DNA of 63,087 bases, filler included, from Anaerolineae bacterium (GCA_029262755.1; 7 parts of 7 records of this genome joined end to end with filler, not necessarily neighbours in it), one strand, 5' to 3'; shown: positions 17,756 to 27,099, counted from the whole stretch's first letter. The notes: generated by a model from the sequence alone, not told the origin. A program made the numbers and translations.

Positions 17756-18493
17756 ATGCGTATCCGACGAATCCGTCCACGTTCCGTCGCCTTGGCCATG
17801 GTCTGCGCCGGGTTGTTGGTCGCGTCGATGCCTTTCGGAGTGCGGATCGGGCGAGCGGCCATGGGCCGGATTCCGGAGCTTCACTTCCTGTGGCAATGGC
17901 AGAGGGCGTATGACGACCGTGTTTCCGCAAGCACGATGCCCACAACGGCCCTGCCCTCCGGCCCATCCGCACCATCACTCGCGTTGTCAACCGCCGCGCA
18001 ACGCTGGGCCGGTGAGCCTACCCGCTACGACCCACGCTACGTCTCGATCGCGTTTCCCGGCGGCGACGTGGCGCGTGACTCGGGGGTGTGCACCGACCTC
18101 GTCATTCGCGCCGTGCGCGATATCGGCATCGACCTACAGCAGCGTGTGCACGATGATATGTCCGCGTCGTTCTCCGAGTATCCGCGCCACTGGGGCGTGG
18201 ACCGTGCCGATCCGAACATCGATCATCGACGTGTGCCCAACCTCATGGTTTTTCTCGCTCGCCACGGGCGCGTCCTGCCGCTCTCGGCTAGCGGAGTCGA
18301 CTACCAGCCGGGGGAGATCGTGACCTGGCACCTCGGCTTCGGCAGCACGCACATCGGCATCGTGACCGCGCAGCACGATCCGACGACCGGGAACCCGCTC
18401 GTCGCACACCACGTGAGCGGCCGGCCGACGCTGGACGACGCGCTCTTTAGATGGCGGATCACCGGCCGTTTCGGCTTAGTGTTCTCTCCGTAG
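17756..18493 (+). CDS. DUF1287 family protein (membrane-anchored, papain/NlpC-like Cys-His)
   Basis: YDPRYVSIAFPGGDV..GVCTDLVIRA..DLQ..VHDDM..NIDHRRVPNL..GEIVTW..HIGIV. Confidence 0.88.
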   Translation: MRIRRIRPRSVALAMVCAGLLVASMPFGVRIGRAAMGRIPELHFLWQWQRAYDDRVSASTMPTTALPSGPSAPSLALSTAAQRWAGEPTRYDPRYVSIAFPGGDVARDSGVCTDLVIRAVRDIGIDLQQRVHDDMSASFSEYPRHWGVDRADPNIDHRRVPNLMVFLARHGRVLPLSASGVDYQPGEIVTWHLGFGSTHIGIVTAQHDPTTGNPLVAHHVSGRPTLDDALFRWRITGRFGLVFSP

Positions 18494-18541
18494 CCGGGCA
18501 TTGCGGTTGCGTGCCGAGCGCGCATCTCTTACGCTGAACGC

Positions 18542-20596
18542 ATGAGCGTTTCACGACATCGGTCCAAGGTCGCTACTCCCATCGCGTGCCGCTCCACGTT
18601 TCCCTACGTGCCGAGTGGTACATGGCGATGCCTCGCGTTCGCCGTAGCCCTCGCGTTCGGCGTCACAGCCCTTGGTTGCCGGTCGGCTCCGGCACCAGGC
18701 GACACCGTCGCCACGGCGACGAGCGCGTCGAGCGGAGATTCGGCCTCCCCTGCCACGGTCCTAGGCGAAGAGAAACGCACGCGTCCACCGGCCCCCATGC
18801 TCTCCACGTCCCTCACCCCTTTCGATCCGAGCGACCCCGTCGCCCTCGCGTGGGCTGCTGCACGGATGTCGCCGCTCCACGGCAGCGAGCCCGGCCTGCC
18901 GACGGACGATCTGGCCGCGCTGCGCGAGGTCATCGGCGACGCGCGCATCGTCGGCCTGGGCGAGGCGACGCACGGTACGCGGGAGCACTTTCGCTTCAAG
19001 GAACGAATCATCCGCTGGTTGGTGGAGGAAGAGGGGTTCTCGGTCGTCGCGTTCGAGGCGAACATGCCCGAGGCGGAACGCGTGAACGACTTCGTTCGCG
19101 GCGGCGACGGCGACGTCGCCGCCTTGCTGGGCGGGATGTACTTCTGGACGTGGAACACCGAGGAAGTGGCAGAGCTCGTGACGTGGATGCGGGAGTACAA
19201 CATTGCTCGCGAACGCGGCGACGGGCTTGGCGGCGAGCCGGGCGGTGACGCTCTGGCCGATGACGCTCGCGCCGGTGAGGCAGTCGACGGAGGGGAGGTC
19301 GGACCACCGTTGTCCTTCGTCGGCTTCGACATGCAATCGGCCGGCGTGTCGCGTGAGATCGTCCGGGCGTACGTTCGCGACCATGATCCCGGCTGGCTCG
19401 GCGAGTTGGACGCCGCCTACGAGGCGCTCGGCGCTGCGCAACGGGGCGGCGCGTTTGCGTACGTCTTCGCAAGCCTCGAAGGAGCCAACGTAGCCGGGAC
19501 AACCCTGAGCTTGCACGGCGCCATTCGCACCGAAAACGTCGTGAACGGTTGGGCCGGGCTATGGATCAGCGCTCATGCGCCGGATGGGACGGTGATTGCA
19601 AACGAGCAGATGCGGGGCAGTGGCCCAGTAGGGACCCAGCCGTGGAAAGAACATGAGATCGGCCTCGACGTGCCGCCGGAGGCTTCGTCGGTCACCTATG
19701 GCCCGCTGATCGCCGGCTCGGGCGGGACGGCGTGGTTCGACCGGATCGAGTTGAAGCGCGGCGGTGTGCCCGTGCGCCCGGCAGGCCCCTTCGACTTCGA
19801 GGATGACGATGAGGTGGCGTTCACGGGCCGGACACCCCTGCCCGGCTTCACCGACGAGGTGACCGATGAGGAGGCGTTTCACGGCGCCAGAAGTCTTCGG
19901 CTGCGCCTACCTGCTCAAGCACAGCCTTCCACCCTCAGCAAAGGGTAAGAGGCGGCGCGCGTAATTCGAGAACGTGTGGAATCCCTTGCGACCTTCAAGG
20001 AGCCTGATAATGGGGGGGATCGCCTGCACGAGCACGAGTGGGCCCTCCGCAACGCCATCGTGATCGAGCAGGAGATGCGCAAGCGTGGAACGAGCACGCT
20101 CAGCGAGCGCGACGAGAGCATGGCGGACAATGCGGCTTGGTTGGCCGATCGCTTTGCGGGCGAGCGCATCGTGATCTGGGCCCACAATGGCCACGTCACG
20201 CGTGAGGAAGGCCGCATGGGCCACTTCTTGGAGCAGGCGATGCCCGGCGCGTATCGAGCCATCGCTCTCGCCGCGGGCTCGGGCGACTACACGGCCTTTC
20301 TCAACGAGGTCCAAGCCGGCAACCCGCTGCAAGCGCCACCGGCCGACAGCCTCGAGCATGTTCTCGGCGCTCTCGATGCGCCCGCGCTCATGCTCGACCT
20401 TCGCGCAATTGGTGACCAGGAGCCGGGTGCGATATGGCGCACGCCGGCAACCCGCTTTCGGTCGATCGGGTGGTCCATCGAGGTCGAGCAGTTCACCAAA
20501 CACAGCCCAGCGGCGGTCTTCGACGCCGTGATCTACATCGACGAGACGAGCTCCGCGCGGCAGCTGCCCAGTACGCCGATGCCCGCGCGGCGCTAG
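18542..20596 (+). pseudogene. Erythromycin-esterase-family lipoprotein with an inserted beta-sandwich domain, interrupted by a single in-frame TAA at 19946-19948
   Basis: Lipobox ALGC; RIVGLGEATHG..F, FEANM, FWTWNTEE, GFDMQ before the stop; RDESMADN, IWAHNGHV, FDAVIYI after it in the same frame. May be a sequencing error. Confidence 0.75.
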
Positions 20597-20898
20597 TCTG
20601 GCCGGAGGGCAACAACGTGTCCGAGACTTTTGCGCGCACGTGGACCTTGTCGGCGGACAAACGGCGGGAAAAGGGTCGCAACGAACCTTGCATTGCCTCC
20701 CCCGATCCCGTGATACTGGGTGGCGAGGCGCGCTGAACCGAACCGTTGCGCACTCGGGTTTAACAGTGCGACACCAGCCAACACGCGTGAGTGCCGCTGC
20801 GAAGGAAGATGGGCTGAACATGGTCGGCTGCAGTAAGTCATAGTCCGTCGTCCCCGTCCCCGCCACTAGTCAAAGGGTAGCCAGGAGGTCATCGAACC

Positions 20899-22176
20899 AT
20901 GAGCGTTCTTCGAATTGTCGCCGTCTCGCTGATCGCAGCTGCTGTGCTGACCTCGGCCGGATGGTTGTCCCGCTTGGCTGCCGCACCGCCGGCAGCTCCG
21001 CCCGCGGCCCCACCGGCTGGCTCGGACTACGCGGTCCACGAATGGGGCACCTTCACCGCCGTTTCCGGCTCGGATGGCGTGCTGCTGCCCGGTCTCGAGG
21101 TCTCCGAGGAACCGCTCCCTCCCTTCGTGTATAGCCTCGAGGGCATGGGCAATCCCACCGGCAAGGGCTGGTTGCGCGATCTACAGGACGTCACGATCCG
21201 GATGGAGACGCCGGTCCTGTACTTCCACAGCGACGAGCCGCAGCACGTGCGCGTCGACATCGGCTTCCGCGGTGGGTCGATCAGCCAGTGGTTCCCACAG
21301 CGCAGCGGTGGCGAGCGGCCGCCCCCGCAGCGCCACGCGGACGACGGTGTTCTCGACCGCGGAACGATCGACTTCGGCGAGTCGGACGGCTACGACGGCA
21401 GCATCCAGTGGGACATCGACGTGCTGGCGAAGGGCGAAACCGACGTCGCCGACGTCTTCCGCGGCTCCGAGACTCTGGCCTGGGAATACCCGCGCCAGGT
21501 GGACGCGAACCTCGTGCGCAACGCGATGGGCGAGACGGAGCACTACCTGTTCTATCGCGGCGTCGGGAACTTCGACTTGCCGCTCCGGGTGATCGCGGAC
21601 GAATCTTCCGTGTACGTGGAGAATCTCGGCAAAGAGACGATTCCCTACCTGCTGATCTTCGACCAAAGCCCGTGGCAGCCGGCGTCGGCACCGGGCCTGG
21701 GGCTAGGCACAATCACCGTCGACGGCTTCTTGCCGCAGACGCAGGCGCGCTATCAGGTAGTCGAAGAGTTGCGACCCTTCGAGTCACGTGCGATCGCACG
21801 CTCGATGCCGGGGTCAACGGACTGGCACCATCCGGTCTACACCTCGATGCGCGACGCGCTCGTGGATGCCGGCCTGTTCACCGACGAGGCGGACGCGATG
21901 GTGCGCACGTGGTGGAAGAGCTACTTCGAGCGCGAGGGCCTGCGGGTCTTCTGGATCGTCCCACGCGAGCACACGGACAAGATTCTCCCCATCGAGTTCG
22001 AGCCTCGCCCCAACGAGTTGGAGCGCGTGCTCGTCGGACGCACCGAGGTGCTGACACCGGGCTTCGAGCGTCGGCTGCGAAGCGCGTTCAACAGCACGGA
22101 CAATCCGTGGATGGGCGATCGTTTCGAGCGCGCGTATCGTGCTCGTGTTGCGGAACTGGACGCGACCCGGCGCTGA
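20899..22176 (+). CDS. Conserved secreted hypothetical protein (VHEWGTFT / METPVLYF family)
   Basis: AGGAGG RBS; signal peptide; VHEWGTFT, RMETPVLYF, YLFYRGVG, AGLF.DEA.AM..TW..SYF, RV.VGR.E. Confidence 0.85.
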   Translation: MSVLRIVAVSLIAAAVLTSAGWLSRLAAAPPAAPPAAPPAGSDYAVHEWGTFTAVSGSDGVLLPGLEVSEEPLPPFVYSLEGMGNPTGKGWLRDLQDVTIRMETPVLYFHSDEPQHVRVDIGFRGGSISQWFPQRSGGERPPPQRHADDGVLDRGTIDFGESDGYDGSIQWDIDVLAKGETDVADVFRGSETLAWEYPRQVDANLVRNAMGETEHYLFYRGVGNFDLPLRVIADESSVYVENLGKETIPYLLIFDQSPWQPASAPGLGLGTITVDGFLPQTQARYQVVEELRPFESRAIARSMPGSTDWHHPVYTSMRDALVDAGLFTDEADAMVRTWWKSYFEREGLRVFWIVPREHTDKILPIEFEPRPNELERVLVGRTEVLTPGFERRLRSAFNSTDNPWMGDRFERAYRARVAELDATRR

Positions 22177-22303
22177 TGGCGGCAGGAGTGGGGTGATCGA
22201 ACGGCCGAGTAGCGACCGCACGCTCGGGATCGTCCGCAACGCGCTTTGGGTTTCTCATTCCCTTGCGATCGCCGCCACCGTCACGATCCCGTTCAAGAGC
22301 AAC

Positions 22304-23281
22304 TTACGCATTCCCCGCCTTGACCGCGCGAATCGCGAGGCAGAACGGCTGCGCCCCGAAGCTCGCGATGCCCGCCGGCGAGATGAACCCGGCCGGGACG
22401 TCACGCAGCGGTGCGTCCAACGTCGTCTCGACGACCAGACCCGCGCGCTCCACCGCACGCAGATACGCGTCTCGACTGTGCGGTTCGTTGGGGAGCAAGA
22501 AGCGGTGTCCGCCGCGTTGACAGTCCGTGCGCCAGCCGATGGCGTATGCGTCGGGGTGGAAGTCCGTGAGAATGATCGTGCCGCCGGTCGTTGCGGCGTC
22601 GGCAAGCGTGCGAACAGCCCCGTCCAGGTCGGCGACATGCGCCAGCGCGAGCGCGCAGATCACGAGATCGAAGTAGCCGCGGCGAAGTCCGTCCGGCTCG
22701 GGGAGGCTGCCCTCCCACCAGGTGATGTCCAGGCCGCGCTCGCTGCCTCGCGCTCGCGCCACGTCCAGCATCGCGGGCGACGCGTCGAAGGCCGATACGC
22801 GCCAGCCGGCCGCAGCCAGCCCGAGAGCGTGCCGCCCCGTGCCGGCGGCCGCATCGAGCGCCCGTCCGGGCAGAGCCTCGCGTTCCGCAAGCCAGCGATC
22901 GACGATCCACTGCTCGACCGCCACAAGCGGGTTGGGCTCCGCGTCGTAGATGGGCGCCCAGCGTGCGTAGCCGTCGTGCAGACCGACCTCCTCGATGCGC
23001 CTCTCCTCGTCCATGAGGACGAAGGTCGCGCTCCGATCCGGCGCGGTCTCGACCCGCAAGGCGCGGCCGTCCGATAGCGCGAAGGTCCCGAAGACCCGCA
23101 TCCCGTGCGCTGCGCTAAAGCGCTGTTCCTCTAGAAGGCCTTGCGTCGCCCCGTCCCAATCGCCCTGTCGATGGCGCTCGAGGATGGCTTCCAGCGCGAG
23201 CTTCTCTACGCGCAGGCAGGCCTCCGCTACCGGTGTCACGGACACGTCGCCGAGTTCGTCTAAGAGCGCCTCCGTTGCCAT
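22304..23281 (-). CDS. Class I SAM-dependent methyltransferase with an N-terminal RHxxGDW small domain
   Basis: GGAGG RBS; GYARWA..YD..NPL, ALDAAAGTGRHA, FDASPAML, FDLVICALALAH, ILTDFHP; N-terminus ILERHRQGDW...ETAPDRSATFVLM. Confidence 0.85.
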   Translation of the reverse strand: MATEALLDELGDVSVTPVAEACLRVEKLALEAILERHRQGDWDGATQGLLEEQRFSAAHGMRVFGTFALSDGRALRVETAPDRSATFVLMDEERRIEEVGLHDGYARWAPIYDAEPNPLVAVEQWIVDRWLAEREALPGRALDAAAGTGRHALGLAAAGWRVSAFDASPAMLDVARARGSERGLDITWWEGSLPEPDGLRRGYFDLVICALALAHVADLDGAVRTLADAATTGGTIILTDFHPDAYAIGWRTDCQRGGHRFLLPNEPHSRDAYLRAVERAGLVVETTLDAPLRDVPAGFISPAGIASFGAQPFCLAIRAVKAGNA

Positions 23282-23311
23282 CTTCGTATTCCTCCGGGGA
23301 CTGCTGGAGTG

Positions 23312-23369
23312 CGGGCTTCACGACGGGCTTCCCAACGGGCTTCCCAACGGGCTTCACGACGGGCTTCAC
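23312..23369. repeat. 12-bp tandem repeat CGGGCTTC(A/C)C(G/A)A, about 5 copies, between vapC and the methyltransferase
   Basis: cgggcttcacga cgggcttcccaa cgggcttcccaa cgggcttcacga cgggcttcac; the last unit contains the vapC stop. Confidence 0.9.
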
Positions 23370-23785
23370 CGCGCGGCGAGCCAAGCGTCGGGCGTGAGCC
23401 GCGTGATGCCGGTGAGCCCGTCGAAGTCCCGGTCGTAGCTGCATATGACCCCGATTCCATGCTCGAGCGCGACGCTCGCATGCAGCGCGTCCCTTGCCGT
23501 CATAGTGGGGTGTGCGTCGAGAAGCACGCGCGCATGGTCGAGTGTCTGTGCCGTGATCGGCAGGACTTCCGGTGCGATGCGGCGCACGAGATCGAAGAGC
23601 TCGCTCCCTTCGCGCCAGCGGCCCATCGCGCGGTAGCGGTGCAAGATTTCTTGCAGAACCTCGGCATCGATGACGGCTTTCGCTTCGCCCTTTGCGACGG
23701 CGCGGACAAAGGAGAGGCTCGGAGTCCGGTGAGGGTGTTCGGCGCCCGCGGCGTACATCCAGACGTTGGAGTCCACGAGGATCAC
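23366..23785 (-). CDS. vapC: PIN-domain toxin (VapC family)
   Basis: ILVDSNVWMYA, EVLQEI, ARDALHA, SYDRDFD acidic PIN tetrad; GTGA overlap with the antitoxin stop. Confidence 0.92.
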   Translation of the reverse strand: MILVDSNVWMYAAGAEHPHRTPSLSFVRAVAKGEAKAVIDAEVLQEILHRYRAMGRWREGSELFDLVRRIAPEVLPITAQTLDHARVLLDAHPTMTARDALHASVALEHGIGVICSYDRDFDGLTGITRLTPDAWLAAR

Positions 23786-24033
23786 GGCATGAGCTCGTCG
23801 GGGTGCGGCAGCGATTGCTCCGCCATCTCGTCCGGCGTCCCAACGGGGAGCGCCAGCTCCGCAAGGCGCTCGACCGCAGCCAAGCGCTCGTCCACCGAAT
23901 CCACCTGGTACGCGGTGGCGCACGCCTCCCGAATCAGGTGCCCGATGCTGCTACGCCTGCGCTCGGCTTCCCGCGCGAGGCGTTCGTAGAGTTCCTGCGA
24001 GAAGAGAACCGTGGTGCGGCGCGAAAGGGACAT
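23782..24033 (-). CDS. Ribbon-helix-helix/CopG-type antitoxin (VapB-like)
   Basis: RRTTVLFSQELYERLAREAERRRSSIGHLIREA; 83 aa, translationally coupled to the PIN gene. Confidence 0.85.
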   Translation of the reverse strand: MSLSRRTTVLFSQELYERLAREAERRRSSIGHLIREACATAYQVDSVDERLAAVERLAELALPVGTPDEMAEQSLPHPDELMP

Positions 24034-24075
24034 GGAGTCGCACTCCTAGGGCGGGAAGCGTCCAGCCGATTCAAG

Positions 24076-24162
24076 AGATCTAGCAGCGGGGCTCAAGATC
24101 TAGCGACAGGGAATGTACATGCACATGCACATATTATAGTAGGAGTGCCAAGCTCGATCCAA
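24076..24162 (-). promoter_or_regulatory. Putative sigma70 promoter and autoregulatory operator of the TA operon
   Basis: Minus strand TTGGAT(24162-24157)-18 bp-TATAAT(24138-24133), followed by ATGTGC repeats, palindrome ATGTACAT (24113-24120) and AGATCTAGC direct repeats (24076, 24096). Confidence 0.55.
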
Positions 24163-24170
24163 CAACCGGG

Positions 24171-24270
24171 NNNNNNNNNNNNNNNNNNNNNNNNNNNNNN
24201 NNNNNNNNNNNNNNTTAATTAATTAANNNNNNNNNNNNNNNNNNNNNNNNNNNNNNNNNNNNNNNNNNNN
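24171..24270. other. Artificial contig linker
   Basis: 44 N + TTAATTAATTAA (stops in all six frames) + 44 N. Confidence 0.98.
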
Positions 24271-24272
24271 TC

Positions 24273-25025
24273 GGCGCCGCGGTCCAGGCGGCGCGATCAG
24301 CCGGATTTACGGCGCTCAACCTCGATTTGATGTTTGGCCTGCCGGAGCAACCCACAGAGCGATGGCGTGCCAGCCTTGACGCGGCCGTCGCGCTCGAGCC
24401 GGATCACCTGAGCTTGTACAGTTTGATCGTGGAGCCGGGCACGCCGCTTCATCAATGGGTACACGAGGGCACCGTCGTCGCTCCGGACGACGATCTGGCC
24501 GCCGAGCACTTCGAGCACGCGCGCGCGGTGTTGAAACGAGAGGGCTTCACCCACTACGAAGTATCCAATTGGGCCCGCGCGGGAGAAGCCTCCCGGCACA
24601 ACCTGACGTATTGGCGCAACGGAGATTGGTTGGCGTGCGGCCCGGGAGCACATGGACAGATGCGTTCAGCCGGGCCCGAGGGGGTAGTCCTGCGTCGATA
24701 CGCCAACCATCGGCCCGTCCCAGGCTACATTCGGCGTATGAGAGAGGGACACGAAATCGCGGAACGCGATGAGTTGGTCGCGCCCCGCACGGCGATGGGT
24801 GAGAGCATGATGCTCGGCCTCCGCCTGATCCTCGAGGGTGTTCCACTGGACCGGTTCGTTCGGCGCCACGGGGTGGACCCACGGGTTGTTTTCGCAGAGC
24901 CGCTTGCGCTGCTGGCAGACTGGGGTCTGCTGCGGGTCGATACAGAGCGGGTGCTGTTGAGTGAGCGCGGTCTGCTGATGGGCAACCGCGTATTTGAACA
25001 CTTCATGGAGGACACATCCGCATGA
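24273..25025 (+). CDS. hemW: Radical SAM heme chaperone HemW (HemN-like), 5'-partial
   Basis: LNLDLMFGLP.Q, PDHLSLYSL.VEPGT, HYEVSNWA, HNLTYW (HNxxYW), GPGAHG, HemN_C tail. Confidence 0.9.
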   Translation, partial: GAAVQAARSAGFTALNLDLMFGLPEQPTERWRASLDAAVALEPDHLSLYSLIVEPGTPLHQWVHEGTVVAPDDDLAAEHFEHARAVLKREGFTHYEVSNWARAGEASRHNLTYWRNGDWLACGPGAHGQMRSAGPEGVVLRRYANHRPVPGYIRRMREGHEIAERDELVAPRTAMGESMMLGLRLILEGVPLDRFVRRHGVDPRVVFAEPLALLADWGLLRVDTERVLLSERGLLMGNRVFEHFMEDTSA

Positions 25026-25531
25026 TCACCGTGGCGCGACTTGGCGAACAAGACTTCAAGACGTGGCGTGCGCTCCGGCTACGCGGTCTGCGTGAACATC
25101 CCGACGCGTTCGGCATGCCGTACGAGGAAGAGGTGAACCGGTCGGAAGAGGTCGCGCGGACCCGATTCCTTCGTTCCGTCGAGGGTCCATTCTCCGGAAT
25201 CCTCGGAGCCTGGGACGGCGACCGTTTGGTCGGCTGTTTCGGCTACGGTCGCTCCGACCGTGAAAAACTGAGCCATAGCGTCGACCTGTGGGGCATGTAC
25301 GTCGTGCCGGAAGCTCGGCGCCAAGGCGTGGCCCGCCAACTTCTGCGCAGTACGGTCGCGGAAGCCGGCGCGATCGACGGTGTGCGCCGCGTTGCGCTGT
25401 GCGTGACGACCGAGGCGGCACACGCACTCTATGCCGCCGAAGGATTCAAGGCGTGGGGCGTCGAGCCCTGTGCGATGCAACTCGGTGAAGAGAGCATCGA
25501 TCAGACGCACATGGTGTTGGACTTGGGGTAG
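25022..25531 (+). CDS. GNAT family N-acetyltransferase
   Basis: LRLRGL..HPDAF, LWGMYV.PEARRQGVA (acetyl-CoA loop), ALY...GF; ATGA overlap with hemW. Confidence 0.9.
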   Translation: MITVARLGEQDFKTWRALRLRGLREHPDAFGMPYEEEVNRSEEVARTRFLRSVEGPFSGILGAWDGDRLVGCFGYGRSDREKLSHSVDLWGMYVVPEARRQGVARQLLRSTVAEAGAIDGVRRVALCVTTEAAHALYAAEGFKAWGVEPCAMQLGEESIDQTHMVLDLG

Positions 25532-25603
25532 GCCGTTCGCAGGTCGTCGCGCTGCACCGTGACCCGGTCATCCCTACGCGCGCCCTTCGGGGCATTCCGC
25601 GCC

Positions 25604-26239
25604 TCAGCGACCGGCCGATACGTCCTCTGCGCGCATAGGTTGGGCCATCCAACGCCCGATGCGTTCGTGACCCACCGCCCGGAAATGGCCCCAGTCACGC
25701 CACTTCGGTTCGACCGACCGCAATTGTGAGGCGACTCCGTCCAACGAGGCCGGCGCGACCCATCGGAATCCGGAGATGGCTTCCTCTGGATCCGTGACCG
25801 TAGGCTGCGCATCCGCGATGACCACCCGGAACACGTACGAAGCGAATTCCTGGTGCCGATCGTTGCAAACAAAGCGGTAGCGTATCAACCCCAAGTATGC
25901 GCACGGCGCATCGTCAACACCCGTTTCTTCCCGGACCTCACGTCGGAGCGCTCCCAATACGGATTCTTCGTAGCGGATGCCGCCGCTGAGCAAACGCCAA
26001 CCGCCTACCGGATAAATCTCCTTCGTATGTAGGAGCACCTGGCCGTCCGTGCGCTCTACGACCAGTAGCACTTCGCCGCGTCGTTCGCGTTCCAACGAAA
26101 TCGCAGCGTGCCAATGGGCGAACTCCGCGTCGGCCATCTCGATCTCTACGTGTTCGCGCGGAACGCTGCGTCCGGCTTCGAGTGCAACGAGTTCCAGCGG
26201 ATCGACGAGCCCGCCGCCGGCGACCGACTCAGCGCTCAT
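25604..26239 (-). CDS. Nudix hydrolase
   Basis: Nudix box GGIRYEESVLGALRREVREETG; ATGA overlap with the upstream methyltransferase. Confidence 0.88.
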   Translation of the reverse strand: MSAESVAGGGLVDPLELVALEAGRSVPREHVEIEMADAEFAHWHAAISLERERRGEVLLVVERTDGQVLLHTKEIYPVGGWRLLSGGIRYEESVLGALRREVREETGVDDAPCAYLGLIRYRFVCNDRHQEFASYVFRVVIADAQPTVTDPEEAISGFRWVAPASLDGVASQLRSVEPKWRDWGHFRAVGHERIGRWMAQPMRAEDVSAGR

Positions 26240-26979
26240 GCCCGACCGTCCCGTGGTGCGCCTGCGTGGCGGCAGACGATCAGCAGCATGCTTGCCATAT
26301 CCGTCGGGAGCCATCGAGCGAGCGGAACGAGCAGGCGGGTCGGGTGCGCGACACCGTCGACGAGGCCCCGTACGCCACCCCTCCAATGCGAGAGATCTTC
26401 GTAGCCGAGCACACGTTCGACCGACAGTCCGGCGGCCTCGAGCAAGGCCGTCCACTGGCCGCGCGTGCCGTAGCGCTGAATGGGTTGTCCGTCGTCATGG
26501 ACCTCACCATGACGCCACGCGTGCATGACCGCCCACCGCAAGCCGAAGGTATTGGGCACATGGATGCACAGGGTCCCGTCGGCCGCCATCACCCGCGCCA
26601 TCTCTGCCGCGCCGGCCAGCGGGTCCTCGTAGTGCTCCAGACTGCCCATGTTCGTCACGAAATCGAAGCGGCCGTCTTCGTAGGGCAGCGATTCCCCGTT
26701 GGCCACCGCGAGTCCGAGTGCGCGCTGCGCCCGCCTTGCGCCGACGCGTAGTGCGACATCGGAGAGGTCGACGCCGTGACTCTCGAGGCCGTGCTCGCGC
26801 GCAGCGGCGACCAGCTGGCCCTCGCCGCATGCCACGTCGAGCAAGCTCATGCCGGCACGGGCATCGAGTAGGCCGAGCACGAATGCAGAGAAGCGCTCCG
26901 CGTGCCGTATTCCTTCCGCGGCATAGATGTCGTTATAAGCCGTGCGGGTCGTACCCGCGACATGGCGGATCGTGATCAT
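26236..26979 (-). CDS. Class I SAM-dependent methyltransferase (Methyltransf_11-like)
   Basis: LLDVACGEG, GVDLS, GESLPYEDGRFDFV, SLEH, EMARV, VPN. Confidence 0.9.
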   Translation of the reverse strand: MITIRHVAGTTRTAYNDIYAAEGIRHAERFSAFVLGLLDARAGMSLLDVACGEGQLVAAAREHGLESHGVDLSDVALRVGARRAQRALGLAVANGESLPYEDGRFDFVTNMGSLEHYEDPLAGAAEMARVMAADGTLCIHVPNTFGLRWAVMHAWRHGEVHDDGQPIQRYGTRGQWTALLEAAGLSVERVLGYEDLSHWRGGVRGLVDGVAHPTRLLVPLARWLPTDMASMLLIVCRHAGAPRDGRA

Positions 26980-27099
26980 GCCCGCAGTGGGGTCCGGTCG
27001 TGCCAACGTGCACCTCGTGAACTCGACGGCACGCCCGTGAGCCGAGCGCGCTCCTTCGTGCGTGAGACGACCCCGTAGAGCCGCCCCTTGCGGTCGCCG

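Noticed and set aside
18542..20596. Macrolide resistance gene (ereA/ereB), or stop-codon recoding
   Set aside because: Only family-level motifs are present, with a lipoprotein signal and an inserted domain. Most family members are not shown to confer resistance, and TAA is not a Sec/Pyl codon.
23312..23369. Possible mini CRISPR array
   Set aside because: 12-bp head-to-tail units with no unique spacers, and no cas genes in the window.
22304..24170. TA region as a prophage, ICE or IS remnant
   Set aside because: No integrase, transposase, terminal repeats or phage genes are visible, and the fragment ends just upstream, so this cannot be assessed.
24171..24270. TTAATTAATTAA flanked by N-runs (six occurrences) as a biological repeat or att site
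   Set aside because: Identical 100-nt cassette with stops in six frames, cutting genes mid-frame. It is an artificial contig spacer, so adjacency across it carries no meaning.
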